Assembly: GCA_963701665.1 (NCBI GenBank)
Contig: OY969622.1
Location: 128,001 to 192,000, forward strand
Length of the DNA: 64,000 nucleotides
Origin: Candidatus Babeliales bacterium
GTDB taxonomy: Bacteria > Babelota > Babeliae > Babelales > JANWKD01
Direction of reading: 5' to 3'
The position numbers and the translations under genes were made by a program. The notes below the pieces were generated by a model, which saw only the letters and a list, made by a program, of their open reading frames with translations, had not been told where the DNA came from and searched no databases. Positions 59,894 to 64,000 of the stretch are shown one piece after another (positions within the stretch are counted from its first letter, which is position 1; each line of letters starts with the position of its first letter).

Positions 59894-61609
59894 ATGCGCT
59901 TTTTTCTCCTTATGTTAACAGCATGCCTGCTAACTGGCCTAAATGCAATACTGCCGCCATTTTTACAGCATAAAAATATATGGGCGGAGCAAATGTTAAA
60001 ATCAATGACGCTTCAAGAAAAAATAGGGCAACTCTTTGTTGTTGCTGCGGTGTCAGATTTCGAGCAACCTAATGAAATTCTTGCAAGTTCTTTGATGGCA
60101 TCGCCGTATATAATGGATGAAGAACATGTCGCTACGCTCATTGAAAAATATCATGTTGGCGGTGTTATTTTTTTATATAAAAGTACGCCGCAAAAACAAT
60201 TAGCACTTACTGCAACATTTCAAAAGCTCTCAAAAATTCCTTTGTTGATTGTTCAAGATGCAGAATGGGGATTGAGCATGCGCTTGGATAAAGATCCCTC
60301 TACCGTTGTACGCTATCCTAGAAATATGACCCTGGGTGCACTCGCTGATGAAAAACTTATGTATAGCTATGGGTACGAAGTTGGACAACAATGTGCTGCT
60401 CTGGGAGTACATTTAAATTGTGCTCCCGTCGTTGATGTTAATTGTAACCGCAACAATCCTGTTATTCATGATCGTTCTTTTGGCGATGATCCTCACCATG
60501 TTGCACAATATGGAGAGCTTTTTGCACGGGGGTTACATGATGCAAGAGTGCTTGCATGCGCAAAACATTGTCCTGGTCATGGAGATACCTTTATTGATTC
60601 GCATTTGGCTTTGCCTACCATTGATCATGATCGTGAACGACTTGACGCCGTTGAGCTTGTATCATTTAAAAAATTAATCCACGAAGGTGTTGCGAGCATT
60701 ATGATGGGACATCTTTCAGTCCCTGCGCTTGATGAAACATGTCAGCCCGCAAGTGTGTCTCATACAATCGTTACTGATTTTTTGAAACATGAACTTGGCT
60801 TTGAAGGTTTGGTGATTACCGATGGACTTGGCATGAAAGCCCTCACCAACTACTATCAACCCGGGGATTTGGAATTAGCGGCTTTTTTAGCTGGCAATGA
60901 TATTTTGTTGTGTCCGCTTGATGTCCCTGGTGCCATCGCGCGTATTGAAGAGGCCATTAGAACGCGCGTTGTTTCTGAGCAAGATCTTGATGAACGCGTG
61001 CTTAAAATTTTACAAGCCAAAGCGTGGGTATTTGAAAAGCAAAAACAATTTCATGAAACGCGCGTGGAAAGTGTTGAAGATTTTTTAGTGCGTCCGGATG
61101 CGCGTGCATTACAAGAAACATTATACCGCAATGCGCTTACCTTTGTTAAAAAAGACGAAACTATGCAATTTGGCCCCGAGTTATTGAATAATGCTTGTCT
61201 CATTTCCTTTGGGAGTTCATCGCCAGCAACATTGTTAGAAAAACTTAAAGAACACGGTGCAACTTTTTTGAACTATCCATTAGCATGTGATGCTGATATC
61301 ATCAATGAAATTATGGAAAAAACGCAGAGTGTGCCGGATGTTATTATTACACTCGCCAGCCTAACTAGGAATGTTGATCAAAATTTTGGTATTCCTTCTG
61401 AGCTGAGAAATCTTATTGCAGCTTTAAAAAGTGCTGGTAAGCGAGTGCATAGTATTGTTTTTGGTACGCCCTATAGTGTACCGCTCCTCGATAATGGCGA
61501 TACATTGCTCGTTGCCTACGAGGAAACTGAGGCAGCACAAGATGCAGTTGGTGATGTGTTACTCGGTGCTTACCAACCAACGGGCAAACTACCTGTCAAT
61601 CCATATTAG
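59894..61609 (+). CDS. GH3 beta-N-acetylhexosaminidase-like exported hydrolase
   Basis: QDAEWG, APVVDV, KHCPGHGDTFIDSH, ITDGL. Confidence 0.9.
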   Translation: MRFFLLMLTACLLTGLNAILPPFLQHKNIWAEQMLKSMTLQEKIGQLFVVAAVSDFEQPNEILASSLMASPYIMDEEHVATLIEKYHVGGVIFLYKSTPQKQLALTATFQKLSKIPLLIVQDAEWGLSMRLDKDPSTVVRYPRNMTLGALADEKLMYSYGYEVGQQCAALGVHLNCAPVVDVNCNRNNPVIHDRSFGDDPHHVAQYGELFARGLHDARVLACAKHCPGHGDTFIDSHLALPTIDHDRERLDAVELVSFKKLIHEGVASIMMGHLSVPALDETCQPASVSHTIVTDFLKHELGFEGLVITDGLGMKALTNYYQPGDLELAAFLAGNDILLCPLDVPGAIARIEEAIRTRVVSEQDLDERVLKILQAKAWVFEKQKQFHETRVESVEDFLVRPDARALQETLYRNALTFVKKDETMQFGPELLNNACLISFGSSSPATLLEKLKEHGATFLNYPLACDADIINEIMEKTQSVPDVIITLASLTRNVDQNFGIPSELRNLIAALKSAGKRVHSIVFGTPYSVPLLDNGDTLLVAYEETEAAQDAVGDVLLGAYQPTGKLPVNPY

Positions 61610-62745
61610 TTCATCATTGTCTGCACTATCTGTTTTATTTTAGTGCCAAAGTGCAGTTTTTCATAGTTAGCTAAGTTTTTTCGGATGGTATTTGCATATG
61701 CCGTTTGTGTGAGAATGCGCTCAACTGACTCTCGTAATTCTTTATAATTTCTTACTACTTCACCAAAGCCATGATGTTCTACAAATGAATGATTAAACTT
61801 TTCCCAAAGTGGTGGTGTTGAAATGGCATCTATAATCATGGGGACTTGTTTATAGAGCGTTTCGCACAAGCTGACAGTGCCCGATTTTGTTATACACAGT
61901 GAAGCAATACTCATTAAATCTGCAATACGATCGGTTTGACTGATAATGGAACAAGAGATATGTGATGGCAGGGGAAAAGGTTCAAGATATTTTCTGAGTG
62001 ATTCATTGCTGCCTAAACAAGTGAGAATATGAACTGCAATAGGAATTTTTACTAATTCCTGCACTATGCTTATCATGCTTTGTGAACCAACAGCGCCCAT
62101 TAATAAAAGAATGACAGGCTTATTTTCCGGCACACCAAAATCTTGCTTTATACATGATATTTCCTGCGGAGCAAAAAACGATGGCTTTATCGGAAATCCA
62201 GTTAAGTAGATTTTTCTTTTGGAAATATTTGCACCTGAAAATGATTCTAAGATCAATGAGTCATTAAAGGTAAGCGCGATTTTTACTTTTTCATCATGAG
62301 TATGTTTCATTGCATGGATAAAGGTTCTAACATCAAGGTCAGTAGGAATAACTAAAAAAGAGATTCCTGTTTTTTGGCAACTGGATTCAATGAGGCCATT
62401 AACGAGTGGCACCACGGAAATCACCATATCAGGATTTTTCTGTGCGATGAAATTATTCACTAATGTTTCAAAAAATGGACAACGAAAAAGGTGATGCGCG
62501 GCATAAGTAAGGATATTTATGAGCCATGTCCAACGTTTGCGCAGACATGAATTATAAAATGCTTCACCAGTATAACGTCCTTTACTCAGTATTTTAAAAG
62601 GATCAAGTACCCCAAGCACATCATCAAAAATATACGCAGTTTCTAAATCATAGTCTTGGCAAAGATATGCACTGATGGCTGCAGTTGCTGACAGATGACC
62701 GCCACCACCTTTGCTTGAAAAAATGAGAATCTTTTTGCGTTTCAA
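61606..62745 (-). CDS. MGDG synthase/UgtP-like glycosyltransferase (GT28)
   Basis: GGGHLSA, PTDL, TGFPI, ITKSGT. Confidence 0.82.
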   Translation of the reverse strand: MKRKKILIFSSKGGGGHLSATAAISAYLCQDYDLETAYIFDDVLGVLDPFKILSKGRYTGEAFYNSCLRKRWTWLINILTYAAHHLFRCPFFETLVNNFIAQKNPDMVISVVPLVNGLIESSCQKTGISFLVIPTDLDVRTFIHAMKHTHDEKVKIALTFNDSLILESFSGANISKRKIYLTGFPIKPSFFAPQEISCIKQDFGVPENKPVILLLMGAVGSQSMISIVQELVKIPIAVHILTCLGSNESLRKYLEPFPLPSHISCSIISQTDRIADLMSIASLCITKSGTVSLCETLYKQVPMIIDAISTPPLWEKFNHSFVEHHGFGEVVRNYKELRESVERILTQTAYANTIRKNLANYEKLHFGTKIKQIVQTMMN

Positions 62746-62899
62746 GAGTTAATCTCCTGTTTTCTATCAGTAGTACTAAGTTCTGCAAAAAATAAAAAGA
62801 TTTCCGATGAAAAGGTTGAGAAATGGTAATTGACAATGAGTTCTTTGCGTGCCTATAGTAATATCGTTTTTAAAAAATAATTAAAAAACGGTTATAGTA

Positions 62900-64000
62900 A
62901 TGAACGCATCATGTGCTCGCGTAGCACAACGTATTCTTTTCTTTATAGTAATGTTCCCTTTGTATGCTATTGAAGAGCGCTGGAATTGGAACGCCATTAA
63001 TTGGAAAAGAACTATCACATTTCCTGCTAATTTTTTGTGGGGCACGGCCGATTCTGCATTCCAAGTCGAGGGCATTATTTCAGCTGATGGGAGCATGATT
63101 CAAAATTCTTGGACCGTTTGGGAAAAGCAATTGGTACATCGCGACGGGCGCTATGAACCGCGCTTTCATCCTGATAAACGAGCGGGTATCGCATGCGATC
63201 GCTGGAATTTATATAAGCAAGACGTACAGCTTATGAAAGAAATTGGCATTCAAGCACATCGATTCTCAATCGAGTGGACCAAAATCGAACCGCAACGAGG
63301 TGTTTTTGATGAAGCTGCAATGCAACATTATATCGATTACATTCAAGAACTTATTGATAATGATATTGAACCCGTTCCAACATTTTTCCATCATTTATGG
63401 CCATTGTGGTTTGAATATCCAGAAGAAGTTAAACGGGGAACGAGGGGCATGGCGTTTGAAGACGCGCGCAATATAGCAGATTTTGTTGCATTTGCCGCGT
63501 ACGTTTTCGCAACCATTTATAAACGCGTGCGAAATTCGCATAAAATTCGCTACTGGCTTACCTTTAACGAGCCGCTGGGCGAGGCACTCGCAGCCTATGT
63601 CTATCCGCTGTATCCACCGGGAAAAAGATACAGAATTCGGCAATGCGGGATCGTTGCAAAAAATATGCTCGATGCACATATCGCCATTTATGACGCGTGC
63701 AAAAAAATTAATCCTAACGCGCAAATTGGTTTTGCGCACTTGATGCACCCGCTGCATCCTTATCATCCTTGGAATCCACTCGATTGGATACCCGCAAAAA
63801 TATTTAATTATTTAATGAATCTTGCAGCAATTCGCTATTTTAAAACTGGTTATTTTCATTGGATGTGGCTCTACCGAGGGTATAATCCCGATGCGCCGAA
63901 GAAGCTCGATTTCATTGGGGTGAATTATTATACGCATGGCATTATAAAAATGTTTAAAGAGGTAGTTCGGCCAGACGAAATATTAGCCGATGGCCCGGAC
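62900..64000 (+). CDS. Second GH1 glycoside hydrolase, partial; runs off window end
   Basis: Not in ORF track; ATG 62900, WGTADSAFQVEG, HRFSIEW, WLTFNEP, KLDFIGVNYY; paralog of 55999-57525. Confidence 0.88.
   Translation, partial: MNASCARVAQRILFFIVMFPLYAIEERWNWNAINWKRTITFPANFLWGTADSAFQVEGIISADGSMIQNSWTVWEKQLVHRDGRYEPRFHPDKRAGIACDRWNLYKQDVQLMKEIGIQAHRFSIEWTKIEPQRGVFDEAAMQHYIDYIQELIDNDIEPVPTFFHHLWPLWFEYPEEVKRGTRGMAFEDARNIADFVAFAAYVFATIYKRVRNSHKIRYWLTFNEPLGEALAAYVYPLYPPGKRYRIRQCGIVAKNMLDAHIAIYDACKKINPNAQIGFAHLMHPLHPYHPWNPLDWIPAKIFNYLMNLAAIRYFKTGYFHWMWLYRGYNPDAPKKLDFIGVNYYTHGIIKMFKEVVRPDEILADGPD

Noticed and set aside
133..63766. Numerous short antisense or alternate-frame ORFs in the track (e.g. 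6492, 14155, 51829, 57592, 63395)
   Set aside because: Shadows of well-supported genes; no motifs or RBS

Overview
AT-rich bacterial chromosome window. The gene content points by inference to Candidatus Dependentiae/Babelota (TM6), intracellular parasites of protists: many signal-peptide hypothetical proteins, ankyrin proteins and a Cys-rich beta-barrel. Housekeeping genes (wecB, wecC, alaS, trxA, orn, a ddl pair, hisS, galE, smpB, rsmE, gpmI, truA, a frameshifted typA, rpsR/rpsF, msrA/msrB) alternate with accessory genes. The accessory genes include three toxin-antitoxin modules (MNT-HEPN, AbiE, YafQ), a six-gene tandem array of secreted M48-like HExxH proteases, ankyrin effectors with ubiquitin-ligase-adaptor-like motifs, and secreted glycoside hydrolases. 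The most striking observations are: (1) a small GIY-YIG nuclease gene enclosed by ~50-bp inverted REP-like repeats, with related gene-less copies at five other intergenic loci, three carrying nested hairpins of a second family; (2) a mosaic protease array with a conserved junction repeat; (3) about 18 exported proteins whose predicted mature chain starts with Met, mostly Met-Glu/Asp/Asn. No rRNA, tRNA or CRISPR array was recognised. All family calls come from motif recognition, not database searches.
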